Shown here: positions 8,509 to 18,404 of the stretch, piece by piece | Position numbering within the stretch: the stretch's first letter is position 1 | How the letters are laid out: the number at the start of each line of letters is the position of its first letter | From: Candidatus Heimdallarchaeota archaeon B3_Heim | GTDB taxonomy: Archaea > Asgardarchaeota > Heimdallarchaeia > Hodarchaeales > Hodarchaeaceae | DNA: 32,000 nt | Reading direction: 5' to 3' | NCBI GenBank assembly: GCA_003144275.1 | Contig: NJBF01000010.1 | Span: 60,001-92,000 of the forward strand | Made by a program: the position numbers and the translations under genes | Notes under the pieces: generated by a model | Told to the model about the DNA's origin: nothing | The model's input: only the letters and a program-made list of their open reading frames with translations | The model's database searches: none

Positions 8509-9150
8509 ATGAAGCAAATAATCCTTTCGGATTTCGATGGAACTATTATCCTCAAAGATAGTGCTCTATACATTTTAGAACGATATGGTTCTGGAAATTG
8601 GAGAAAATATGACGATCAGCTGTTAAAAGGGGAAATTTCTTTAGAGGAGTGCCTTTCTAAGCAGTTTTCGTCAATAAATGTCACACAAGCTGATATTATA
8701 CATGTGCTTGATGGAAAGATCGCTTTCAGACCGAATTTTAAAAATTTCGTGCTTTCTTGTGAAAAATTTCAAATTCCACTGGTTATTGTGTCAGCTGGAC
8801 TAGATTTTGTTATTGACCATTTTTTAAGTAAAATTGATATCAGCTATCCCATTCCAATTATTTCTGGTGTTCCTAAATATAATTTAAAGGGACTTTCGTT
8901 TGACTTTCCAAAATTGAAGCACAAATATTCTAAAAATTTTAAAGAAGATCTTGTGATCCAATATCAAGTGAAAGGTTATTCTGTTATTTACATTGGGGAT
9001 GGAAGTGGGGATTTTCACGCAGCTAAAAGAGCCGATATTGTATATGCTGTAAAGGACTCCGCTTTAGCAAGGATCTGCAGTGAGAATGAAATTAGTTTTC
9101 ACTCATTTCTAGATTTTGCATCAATTATACAATATCTAAGAACACCTTGA
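8509..9150 (+). CDS. HAD-IB phosphatase, MtnX-like
   Basis: SDFDGTI (motif I), IVSAG, K..V, YIGDGSGD..AA (motif IV). Confidence 0.8.
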   Translation: MKQIILSDFDGTIILKDSALYILERYGSGNWRKYDDQLLKGEISLEECLSKQFSSINVTQADIIHVLDGKIAFRPNFKNFVLSCEKFQIPLVIVSAGLDFVIDHFLSKIDISYPIPIISGVPKYNLKGLSFDFPKLKHKYSKNFKEDLVIQYQVKGYSVIYIGDGSGDFHAAKRADIVYAVKDSALARICSENEISFHSFLDFASIIQYLRTP

Positions 9151-9249
9151 GATCTTATGATCTAAAACAAATTTCATCTTTGTTCCGAATTAGTATTGCT
9201 TATTAATTACTAGTAATGAGAATCAGATACAACCAATATTGAGTATGAA

Positions 9250-9987
9250 TTGAGTGAAAAAATCATGTTAAGAGATAAAGACAAATCATTTCTTAAATAC
9301 GAAGTGACTGGTGCCCCAGCGTTCGCAGTGGTACGAATTACGATAGATAATCCAGGTCAAAAAGTTCGAGCCGAAGGTGGATCCATGGTATACATGGATG
9401 GACATGTTAACATGGAAACTAAATCAGCTGGTGGAGTTATGCGTGGTTTGAAGAGGAAATTTTCTGGCGAATCAATGTTCCAAAACTTTTTTTCGATTCC
9501 TGATGGTTCTCCACCAGGAATGGTAGCTTTTGCTCATGGAGCTCCAGGGGATATTGTTCACCTTCATTTAGCACAAGGAGAAGAATGGATTCTTAGTCGA
9601 GACGCATATATCTGTGGAACAACTAGTGTCGCAGTAACGTCGAAATTTGGAGGATTCAAGGGAGTTTTGGGTGGTGAAGGTCTAATGCTGACCAAAATCA
9701 TGGCTGAAGCTGACGGGGATGTGTGGATAGGGGGGTATGGATATGTTGAACGACATGAATTAGAACCAGATCAGGAGTTTGTCGTGGATAACGGAGTTAT
9801 GATGGCATATCAAGCAGGCATGCAACATAAAGTTTCAAAAGTAGGTGGTCGGAAGAGTTTTATGCTCGGTGGAGAAGGAGTGGTGATTCGTTATACTGGT
9901 CCCGGTGTTGTGTATACACAGAATCGTGAGATTGGATTATTAGCTTCCTTACTTCTCCCATATCTCCCAGTGGGTCGTAGTAGCTAA
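9250..9987 (+). CDS. AIM24 family protein
   Basis: AEGGSM.YM, SGESMFQN, G..AFA...PG.+, GGEGL, G+G..E, VVDNG..+A, GGEG.V.R+TGPG.VY.Q.R. Confidence 0.9.
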   Translation: MSEKIMLRDKDKSFLKYEVTGAPAFAVVRITIDNPGQKVRAEGGSMVYMDGHVNMETKSAGGVMRGLKRKFSGESMFQNFFSIPDGSPPGMVAFAHGAPGDIVHLHLAQGEEWILSRDAYICGTTSVAVTSKFGGFKGVLGGEGLMLTKIMAEADGDVWIGGYGYVERHELEPDQEFVVDNGVMMAYQAGMQHKVSKVGGRKSFMLGGEGVVIRYTGPGVVYTQNREIGLLASLLLPYLPVGRSS

Positions 9988-9994
9988 CTTACCC

Positions 9995-10028
9995 CTTTAT
10001 CTCCCTTCATTCCCTTTTTTCTATTTCT
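9995..10028 (+). terminator. Pyrimidine/T-rich tract, putative archaeal terminator
   Basis: cccctttatctcccttcattcccttttttctatt just after the AIM24 stop. Confidence 0.3.
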
Positions 10029-10053
10029 AAAAAAGATAAAATCTCCCTTTTAC

Positions 10054-11325
10054 ATGTTGCAGATGGTGCCCATAATGCCATCAGATGTTCTAGAACGCTT
10101 TTTAAAATACGTTACAATCCACACAACTAGTAAGGAGGATGAGGAAACTATTCCAAGTACTAAACGGCAGTTTGACCTTGCAAATTTACTTGTTCAGGAG
10201 CTCAAAGAACTTGGAATAGTGGATGCCACTGTATCCGATGAATGTTATGTCATTGCAACTCTACCATCAAATTTAACACCCGAGATTACCAAGATTGTAC
10301 CTGTAGTTTGCTTTTTTGCTCATATGGATACTTCTCCAGAAGAAGCAGGAGATAATATCAAACCCCAAAATGTTAATAACTATCAAGGAGGTGACATACA
10401 ACTTCCTGGAAATCTAGACCTTGTAATATCACCTAAAGAAACACCCGCGCTGCTGAAATTCGTTGGTAGTGATATAATAACATCTGATGGGACTACATTG
10501 TTAGGAGGAGATGATAAAGCCGGAGTGGCTGCAATTATGGCTGCTTTAACAAAATTGAAGGCCGATCCTAAATTAAAACACGGAACTATCAAAATTGTGT
10601 TTACTCCAGATGAAGAGGTAGGTCGTGGTGTTGATGGACTTGATGTTGACTCCTTAATGGCAGATTTTGGATATACGATTGATGGGGATGAAATGGGAGT
10701 TTTAGAATCTGAAACATTTAATGCCGCAGGAGGGGATATACAGATAACGGGTTTTAACTGTCATCCAGGGTATGCTAAAGGTAAAATGATAAATGCTATC
10801 AGAATTCTAGCTGATATTATTCAAAATTTCCCTATAGATGAGTCACCTGAAACAACAGAAAAGAAAAAAGGTTATTATCATCCATATGAATCTTCAGCTT
10901 CTGTTAATGAGGCAAAGTTAAAGTTTATTATTAGAGATTTTGATTTTGAACAGCTTAAACAAAAGATTCGGAATGTAGAAGAGTTTACAAATCATATTCA
11001 ACAAAAATATCCTTCTTCCCACATCAATTTAACTATCAAAGAATCGTACAAAAACATGAAATATAAGATAGATGAAGTCCCTGAAGTTATGATGAATGCC
11101 GAGGAAGCAATCAAACGAACAGGCATTCCTGTTATCAAGAAAGCTATACGTGGAGGAACAGATGGCGCTCATTTAAGTTATCGTGGTCTACCAACTCCGA
11201 ATATATTTTCTGGAGCGATGAATTTTCATAGTAAAAAGGAATTTGTTCCCGTTATCGCCTTGGAGAAATCAGTTGAAACAATTATAAATCTAGTGCAAAT
11301 TTACGTTGAGAGAGCTTCTGAATGA
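10054..11325 (+). CDS. pepT: Peptidase T (M20B tripeptidase)
   Basis: ERFLKYV.I.T.S, AHMDT, DG.TLLG.DDKAG, FTPDEEVG, HPG.AK..M.NA, IRGGTDG, PN+F.G..NFH; true start may be a downstream ATG (10066 or 10075). Confidence 0.95.
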   Translation: MLQMVPIMPSDVLERFLKYVTIHTTSKEDEETIPSTKRQFDLANLLVQELKELGIVDATVSDECYVIATLPSNLTPEITKIVPVVCFFAHMDTSPEEAGDNIKPQNVNNYQGGDIQLPGNLDLVISPKETPALLKFVGSDIITSDGTTLLGGDDKAGVAAIMAALTKLKADPKLKHGTIKIVFTPDEEVGRGVDGLDVDSLMADFGYTIDGDEMGVLESETFNAAGGDIQITGFNCHPGYAKGKMINAIRILADIIQNFPIDESPETTEKKKGYYHPYESSASVNEAKLKFIIRDFDFEQLKQKIRNVEEFTNHIQQKYPSSHINLTIKESYKNMKYKIDEVPEVMMNAEEAIKRTGIPVIKKAIRGGTDGAHLSYRGLPTPNIFSGAMNFHSKKEFVPVIALEKSVETIINLVQIYVERASE

Positions 11326-11474
11326 TCACCAATGGAAGAATTTTGTTAATACAGTCCACCTTAACACTCACCTGTATAGAAACAAACCTATACAGATATT
11401 AGCCTTGTTTAGAATTAGAAAATCTTTTAGAAGATACAATATATCATTTATCTACATAGGATGAACGAGTAATT

Positions 11475-14400
11475 ATGGCAACCCGAAACGAAAAACTGGT
11501 TCGGATAGAGCTTCCCTCTACTTCTGGGGTAGAAGTTGAGATTAGAGAAAGCAGAGATCGGTACGTACTGAATTTTTTCCAGAATGATAGACAAATAAAT
11601 ACCGCTTCTCTCTCTCAAAACAAGCTTAATCAGGATAGGCTAGTGGATCTCTTAAGTGAGGCCGGAGTGGAATTTTTTAGTTTTTCTGCAATATTTGAAA
11701 TCGCTGATCTACTTGTGAATACAATTAAAGATGAATTTCAAGCTTTTTCCATAGAAGATGAACCTGCTTCAACTCCAATAACGCATGATGTTAATGATGT
11801 GACTGAAAAGTTCGGTATACTAACTGAAGATGTACTAGAAGAGGAGGATGAGATTGTTGAAGATACAGTCTCAGCAACATCAAGTAAGATTCTGACAATT
11901 CCTCCTGGAGATAAAGAACTAAAAAAGATCAAAATGCTACACTCGAAATCAGGATTTGCCACAATATATTATACTCCCGAAGGAAAATTTGCTATAGTCT
12001 TATCTCGCAATGATGAATTGTTACTGAGAAAAGTCTATTCTAAAGACGATGTAAATCAAGACAAGGTTGTAGAATTAATCAGTGAATCAGGAATTGATTT
12101 TCTTTCCTTTTCTGCAATATATGATTCTGCAGAGCAAATTGAATCACTAATCTTAAATCCAGAGAAATTTGAATCAGAAGATACTGTCTCAATTCCTCAA
12201 ATGGACACTATAGTTGATGTCGCTGATCCTTCACCTATTTTAAAGTCGAAATCAGCAGCTACCTCAGAACAAGATGAAGTGACACTCGTTGATTTATCCG
12301 ATTTTGATACGTCTGAATTCAATAAGGCTGATGATTTTGATAAATTTATCAACAAGGTTAAAGAAGTCGTAGAAGTAGGACAACCTCTTCCTGTTAAGGA
12401 AGTGGAGATTGCTCATTCGGGTGGAGTGGATTGTATTATCCTCAGAAAATTTGATGATTGGTTTTTACGTTTTCGCAAGTCTGATGGTTCAATATCTGCC
12501 CCTACAGAAATAAAAATTGATCAGGATGAAATCGCTCGTCTGATAAATCAGGAAATCCCCCAAATTTCTTTTAGTTACTTGTATGATGCTTCAGAATTGA
12601 TTTTTCAAACTATTGGTGGTTTAGCAACAAAGCCAATGGACCAAATCATCATTAATGTGGCTGTTGGTCACTTCTTAAGAATTATTGAACAGAATGAAGC
12701 AAAGGGGAATCTTAAAGCCGCATCGAAAATCACTGAGGTTTTGCTTAAGCGTTTTCGTAAAGAAAACAATTCTAAGGGTATTCTACGATTTGGGAGAAAA
12801 CTTGTAAAGTCTCTGATAGATCAAGGAAAAGATTCCAAAGTTGTGAAGCTCCAATCTGAATTGATCTCAGATCTACTCAAAATTGATTTGGAATCATCTG
12901 TTGAATTCGTATTTGAATCTATAGAGATGCTGGCCGATCAAAATAAACATCTTAATGCAGCTAATTTATGTGATTTAGTTTTGGATTACTACTTGTCTGA
13001 AAAAATAGTACCTGATTCAATATCAACAATCTTACTCTTAGCTAAAAAACAAGCGGAGTATTATAAGCATGCTCGACTACCAGTAGTAATGTGGGAGAAT
13101 GCTCTTCGTTATGCCCACTTTGCCCTAAAAGAGATAGGAGCAAGTGGGGACACATTCTCAAAGGAACAAAGAGATGGATTCTTGGAGGACATTATTTTCT
13201 TAGTTGACTCTGCACTGGGAGTACAAGAAGAACGTAAAGCTAATTTTGAAATTCTGAGCACGCTTGAAGAGACAACACAATTATTAAAAGAGATTCAAGA
13301 AAAATCCCATTATCAAAGATACGTTAATCGATTAATCCTCACCTTGGAGACTCAGGGAAAGAAGGAAAAAGCTTTAGAAATCACATTGGAAGCTTCAAAA
13401 GCACTAATGAATTCAGAAACATATGTAAAAGCGTGTGAACTTAGTAATCAAGCAATAAAATTGTTTTATGAATTGAAAAAGGTTGAAGAAGCTGTTGATT
13501 TTAGTCTTGGAGTAGTGAGGGGACTCACTGAATTAGAAGAAATAGAGGCTGCAAAAAATTATTTGCAGTTTGTTGAAGATCTCATTAGTAAAGCATACAA
13601 AGATAGTGATTCTCGTCGAATAGAAAAACAGCTCGCAATGGGCGATTTACTGGGGAAATTAGGGATGAAAGATCGCGCTAAATCCTTTATTCAGACCGCT
13701 CTTCAAACAATTGCAGATCCTAAGAAAAGGGAGAAAATTGTTCTGAAATATGTAGATGAAATGCATGTGAGTCATGCTTTTCTTACCGCTCAAGAGATGA
13801 TTAATTTAGAATTATCTCGGTTGTTGGAAACAAAGAAAATAAAGGATGTAATAAAATTTTGTTGCCAATTTATAGACAAATTAAGAGAGTATGGCCAAAG
13901 CGATATGATTTTCGAATATATTCGGTACATCTCTAGTTTAATGTTACAGTCAGATCATAGTGATTATAATTTACTGCAGAAGTTCATAAAAGATCTATTG
14001 ACAACGAATGAGGTTGATAGAGCGGCGTTAATCTTGGATCAGCTAGTAATCCTCCAAGGTAAACAAAGTGATTATACGAGAGCAATTGATTCAATAAGTC
14101 GTTTTGTTGACCATCTTTTGGAAAGTACTCAAAGAGTCGATCTTGTCCAAAAATACGTTTTTGAGATTGCTGAAGCTTATAGACGGATGGGAGACGATCA
14201 AGGAGCGCTCGAAGTGTTGGTAAAATATCAGGAAGTCCTACTTGATTATTCAGTTGAATTATCACAGAAAATTACTGACATCATACTAAAAGAATATGAG
14301 GCAAAAGAAGAGTATAAGAAATGTATAGAAATTGTGACTAACATCATTGATAGGCAATTAGAACAGAACATGTTTCAAGACGCATACATTTTTAGTGTTC

Positions 14401-17072
14401 AAAATGCTCGTTATATAGAGAGCTCTGGCAGCATTCCTGATGTCATCAAATATCTCGGAAAAATGAGAAATAGATTTTTAGAATTTGACAGGTTTGAAGA
14501 CGCAGCTAAAATGACCGATTTAATATTTAGATTCGGTAAAACTCATCAACAATACAAGATCGCCATCCAATCAATAAAAGAATATGCAAAAATTACTCTA
14601 GATAACGAAGACTATTTATCTGCTATCAAATTCGCTCTTAATGTCGCAAATCTCTTTGAGGAAGACAATAAACCAGATAAAGCACTTGAATTTCTTCATA
14701 TGATATTCAATATTACTTTTAAACATATCAAAGAGCCTTCTCTTCAAGTATTTCGCAAGATAATAGAAATTCATCGCGAGAAAGATGACTTCAAGAAAAT
14801 CACAAAGAAAGTCGTTGATCCGTTATTAACAAAATATCCAGATGTCGCGCTACTTACGGTCGTGAATGAGGTTCTTTCTCCTCCACTCGGGGATTACATT
14901 AAGTATTCTGAAAAGTTCTTTGATCAACTAATTGAATCTTCTTCATTAACCTTTGACAGTGCAGATGGTATAATTTCATTAGTTAACCTTGTGTATGGAA
15001 GTGCGTTTGTAGATCTAGGAGATAGGTTGGTATATAAATACACAAATAAACTGACAGAGTTCGGTTTTGCTGTTGAGGCAATGAAATTAATGTCAATATT
15101 GTCAGAAAGATCAAGTTTACCATTTTCGGATCTTTTAAATAAATCTCTGGACTTCGTTCAAAATTTAGTTCAAAAAACTAACATTGAAAAAGCAAGAGAG
15201 TTTACAGATAAGTTGATTCAACATATTACAACTAACCCTGAACTATCTGCAGAGAAAAATCACCTAGGAGCAAAAGTCAGTGATAAATTTGCACAAATGG
15301 TAGCGTTTGAGAATCCTGATCTAGCCTCAGAGTATGCTTATCTTGCTGCAGATTATCTACGAGGAGCAAATGACTTTGATGGAGTAGTTACTATCTATAA
15401 TAATCTCGCAACTCAATATTCATCCTCAAAAAGAGCCATTCGTACATTTGAGAGAGGAATATACATTTGTAGTAAATTTAAGGCCAAAAAACACGAAGCA
15501 CAACTACTAGTTTTACTCACAAAATACCTTTGCACTATTTCAGACGACTCTGTTTTAGCAGCTTTTCAACAAACAATAGAAAAACTGGAAGAATTGGAGG
15601 ATCTGGATGAACTCTTCAGAAATTGTTGTGAGATAATTACCGTGGCAATTTCAACTGATAATCTTAATCTCGTATCAAGATATCTAGAATATATGAGTAA
15701 ATTAGCCAATATGATAAACCGTTCAGAGGATATAGGTGGAATTCTGGTTTTCATGTTAAATTACGTTACTGACATAAACGATACTGAGAAAGCAAAGAAA
15801 ATTAGAAATAATATTGAGGAATTGGGTATACAGCCCAAGAAATTTAAGAAGGACTTTAAACGCCTTTCAGAAGAACGTAGCAACTTTTTGAAGTCAAAAT
15901 CAGTAAAAGACAGACAATTAATCGAAGTTGAAGCAGTAACTCCAACTTTGGTTAACACAGAGGAAATAATTACACCGATTGAAGAACCCCTTTTAGATAA
16001 AGTCATTGAGCCCGATACCGAAGAAGAAGATAAAGAGATTGTCGATTTCATTAAAGGAATCAAATCAGAATCACCACTACCAGAACAAATGGAAACTCCA
16101 CAGGTAATTCAAGAACCAGAACCTCAAATCTCTCAATTATTGGAAGATAAACCATCTTTGAAGGGGCAACCGCAAATAAGCGGTGAAGTTTTGGAAATCC
16201 CTCCGAAAGAGGATGGGACCGAAGTATCCACCATACTGAGTGATGATGAAGTTTCGAGCTTATTTTCACTTGATCCTTCCCCTGAAGAGGTTTCACAAGT
16301 GTCATCATCAATTGAAGAAGAATTATTCCCTGAAGTTGGCCAACATGGCAAAGAAGGTGTAACACTATCCGATAATGAAGTAACCACACTGTTTAGCGCT
16401 CGAGAAGATTCCAAAATGAGGGGAGCTGATGTGTTACGATCACTGTCTGAACAAGAACCCTCTGCTAGTGAGGAAGAATGGGAAGTCGATACATTTGGGC
16501 GTTTATTGAAAAAAGAAGCAACAACTCCTTCACCAGATAAAATCAGTGAACCTAAACCAGTAATATCTCCTACTATTGTTGAAGATACGTCTGGAACTCC
16601 AGATATAAGTACTCTAGAATCATCCTATAAACCCAAAGAAGAAGTAGTAAAACCCACCCAATTAAAGTCGCTTCAATTAGAACCTGATTTGGAAAGTGAG
16701 AAAAAGAAACAGCTTCAAAGTCTACCTGATCTTGAAGAATTAGAAATGGCGCTAGTAGATACAGAGAGCGTGTTACCTCCTAGACACGAACCAGAACCAA
16801 CTGAAGAAACGAAAAGTCTGTTCGATAAAGACATAACCAGTTCTTTAGACTCTGTTGTGGATGCCCTTGTTGAAGACGAATCTGGTGACACACAAGATAT
16901 CTTTGGAATTCCAGAAGTGTCCTACGAGGAAATCTCCGAACCACAAACTTCAAAACCAGCTGAAGTGAAACCACCTGATTTAATAGATTTATTTTCAGAC
17001 GCGTTATCTGAATTAGGATCAATAACTGGGGAATCTGGAAAGAAAGGCAAGGAAAAGAAGAAAAAGAAGTAG
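11475..17072 (+). CDS. Giant 1865-aa protein: three N-terminal repeats, long alpha-helical solenoid-like region, acidic low-complexity tail
   Basis: Uninterrupted ORF; repeats share NQD/DQD...SFS..YD/FE.A; central amphipathic helical pattern; E/D/P/S-rich last ~380 aa; ends KKGKEKKKKK. Confidence 0.7.
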   Translation: MATRNEKLVRIELPSTSGVEVEIRESRDRYVLNFFQNDRQINTASLSQNKLNQDRLVDLLSEAGVEFFSFSAIFEIADLLVNTIKDEFQAFSIEDEPASTPITHDVNDVTEKFGILTEDVLEEEDEIVEDTVSATSSKILTIPPGDKELKKIKMLHSKSGFATIYYTPEGKFAIVLSRNDELLLRKVYSKDDVNQDKVVELISESGIDFLSFSAIYDSAEQIESLILNPEKFESEDTVSIPQMDTIVDVADPSPILKSKSAATSEQDEVTLVDLSDFDTSEFNKADDFDKFINKVKEVVEVGQPLPVKEVEIAHSGGVDCIILRKFDDWFLRFRKSDGSISAPTEIKIDQDEIARLINQEIPQISFSYLYDASELIFQTIGGLATKPMDQIIINVAVGHFLRIIEQNEAKGNLKAASKITEVLLKRFRKENNSKGILRFGRKLVKSLIDQGKDSKVVKLQSELISDLLKIDLESSVEFVFESIEMLADQNKHLNAANLCDLVLDYYLSEKIVPDSISTILLLAKKQAEYYKHARLPVVMWENALRYAHFALKEIGASGDTFSKEQRDGFLEDIIFLVDSALGVQEERKANFEILSTLEETTQLLKEIQEKSHYQRYVNRLILTLETQGKKEKALEITLEASKALMNSETYVKACELSNQAIKLFYELKKVEEAVDFSLGVVRGLTELEEIEAAKNYLQFVEDLISKAYKDSDSRRIEKQLAMGDLLGKLGMKDRAKSFIQTALQTIADPKKREKIVLKYVDEMHVSHAFLTAQEMINLELSRLLETKKIKDVIKFCCQFIDKLREYGQSDMIFEYIRYISSLMLQSDHSDYNLLQKFIKDLLTTNEVDRAALILDQLVILQGKQSDYTRAIDSISRFVDHLLESTQRVDLVQKYVFEIAEAYRRMGDDQGALEVLVKYQEVLLDYSVELSQKITDIILKEYEAKEEYKKCIEIVTNIIDRQLEQNMFQDAYIFSVQNARYIESSGSIPDVIKYLGKMRNRFLEFDRFEDAAKMTDLIFRFGKTHQQYKIAIQSIKEYAKITLDNEDYLSAIKFALNVANLFEEDNKPDKALEFLHMIFNITFKHIKEPSLQVFRKIIEIHREKDDFKKITKKVVDPLLTKYPDVALLTVVNEVLSPPLGDYIKYSEKFFDQLIESSSLTFDSADGIISLVNLVYGSAFVDLGDRLVYKYTNKLTEFGFAVEAMKLMSILSERSSLPFSDLLNKSLDFVQNLVQKTNIEKAREFTDKLIQHITTNPELSAEKNHLGAKVSDKFAQMVAFENPDLASEYAYLAADYLRGANDFDGVVTIYNNLATQYSSSKRAIRTFERGIYICSKFKAKKHEAQLLVLLTKYLCTISDDSVLAAFQQTIEKLEELEDLDELFRNCCEIITVAISTDNLNLVSRYLEYMSKLANMINRSEDIGGILVFMLNYVTDINDTEKAKKIRNNIEELGIQPKKFKKDFKRLSEERSNFLKSKSVKDRQLIEVEAVTPTLVNTEEIITPIEEPLLDKVIEPDTEEEDKEIVDFIKGIKSESPLPEQMETPQVIQEPEPQISQLLEDKPSLKGQPQISGEVLEIPPKEDGTEVSTILSDDEVSSLFSLDPSPEEVSQVSSSIEEELFPEVGQHGKEGVTLSDNEVTTLFSAREDSKMRGADVLRSLSEQEPSASEEEWEVDTFGRLLKKEATTPSPDKISEPKPVISPTIVEDTSGTPDISTLESSYKPKEEVVKPTQLKSLQLEPDLESEKKKQLQSLPDLEELEMALVDTESVLPPRHEPEPTEETKSLFDKDITSSLDSVVDALVEDESGDTQDIFGIPEVSYEEISEPQTSKPAEVKPPDLIDLFSDALSELGSITGESGKKGKEKKKKK

Positions 17073-17075
17073 TGC

Positions 17076-18224
17076 TTAATCTTTCCTTGATTTTCCATAC
17101 ATATCAGGATCATAAAGAGGATATTTCTGTATTTTTACTTCATGCATCTTATTTCTGACTTGGAATTGTATAATTTCATTTTCAATATTGTACTCTGGTA
17201 GTATGTAACCCATCCCAATACCAATGTTTAAAATGGGAGAAAAACCTCCAGATGAAATGACACCTATTTCTTTTTCCCCTTGGAACAATTTTAATCCTGA
17301 ACGGGGGCTAGGCCCTCTTTTCATAGAAATTAAGCCTACTCGAATCTTTTGGAGAGGTTTTTCTTTCAATATTTCAAGTTGGGGCTTACCTATAAAGGAA
17401 GATTTGTTTATATGAATAAACGGAGGAAAAAATAAGTCCGCTTCAAGTGGATTAATACTTTCTGATATATCATTTCCATAGAGATGATAACCAGCTTCCA
17501 ATCTTAGAGAATCGCGTGCTCCCAACCCACAGGGTTTTATGTTAAATTGCTTACCTTCCACAAGTAATTTCATCCAGACATTGACCGCATTTGTATTTTC
17601 TTCATTTGATGTATTAAATACAATAATTTCATAGCCTGACTCTCCAGTATACCCTGTACCTGAGACAATTACATCACAGCTTCCAATTGTTGTTTGTAAA
17701 ATATTCCAAGAAGAAGGAGGGGATGCATTCTCTGGTATAACTCGTTTTAACACAGCTTCTGCCTTCGGACCTTGTAAGGCATACATCGCAGATGAAGGTG
17801 AAATATTAATTATTTCGATTTCCAATTTGGAAAAGTCATTAATCAAGACTGATAATAATTTAATCCAGTGTAGGATCTTTTCATAATTTCCTGCATTCCA
17901 AACCAGCAACCACTTATTTTCTTCGATACGTTCAAAGACTAAATCATCTCGAAAGCCTCCAAGTTCATTGAGCATGAAAGTATATGATGCTCTTCCTATA
18001 TTAGTTTTCGAAAGGTCTCTTGGCACCAGAGCGTTGAGAAATTTTTCAGAATCCTTTCCTTGAATCCACATTCGTCCCATATGAGAAACATCAAACAAAC
18101 CAACAGCATTCCTAACCGCCATATGTTCCTCAATAATGGATGTATACATTACAGGCATTTGAAAGCCTGCAAAATCTACGATATCGCCATTTTCTGCATG
18201 CCAAGCATATAATTGTGTTTGCAT
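17076..18224 (-). CDS. gcvT: Glycine cleavage system aminomethyltransferase T
   Basis: DFAGFQMPV.Y, EH.AVR..VGLFDVSHMG, ALQGP.A, TGYTGE.G+E, GLGARDSLRLEAG..LYG. Confidence 0.95.
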   Translation of the reverse strand: MQTQLYAWHAENGDIVDFAGFQMPVMYTSIIEEHMAVRNAVGLFDVSHMGRMWIQGKDSEKFLNALVPRDLSKTNIGRASYTFMLNELGGFRDDLVFERIEENKWLLVWNAGNYEKILHWIKLLSVLINDFSKLEIEIINISPSSAMYALQGPKAEAVLKRVIPENASPPSSWNILQTTIGSCDVIVSGTGYTGESGYEIIVFNTSNEENTNAVNVWMKLLVEGKQFNIKPCGLGARDSLRLEAGYHLYGNDISESINPLEADLFFPPFIHINKSSFIGKPQLEILKEKPLQKIRVGLISMKRGPSPRSGLKLFQGEKEIGVISSGGFSPILNIGIGMGYILPEYNIENEIIQFQVRNKMHEVKIQKYPLYDPDMYGKSRKD

Positions 18225-18404
18225 TTGTTTTCACAACATTTTTTGAATTTTTCTACGTTTCAAGCCTAAATTTGGCTATAAAAGGAGAATAATTATCTGA
18301 AAACAGGTTATTATTTATGAATTAATGAACTTTGTAATAAAGAAAAGAAGGATAAGAAATTTTTTTTAAAACTATTGTCAATTTAATTTTATAAACAGTA
18401 GAAT

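Noticed and set aside
8509-9150. Methionine salvage operon
   Set aside because: Only an MtnX-like HAD is present, with no mtnW, mtnB, mtnD or mtnA; specificity cannot be assigned.
11738-17113. Several short minus-strand ORFs within the giant gene
   Set aside because: Antisense shadows; no independent coding evidence.
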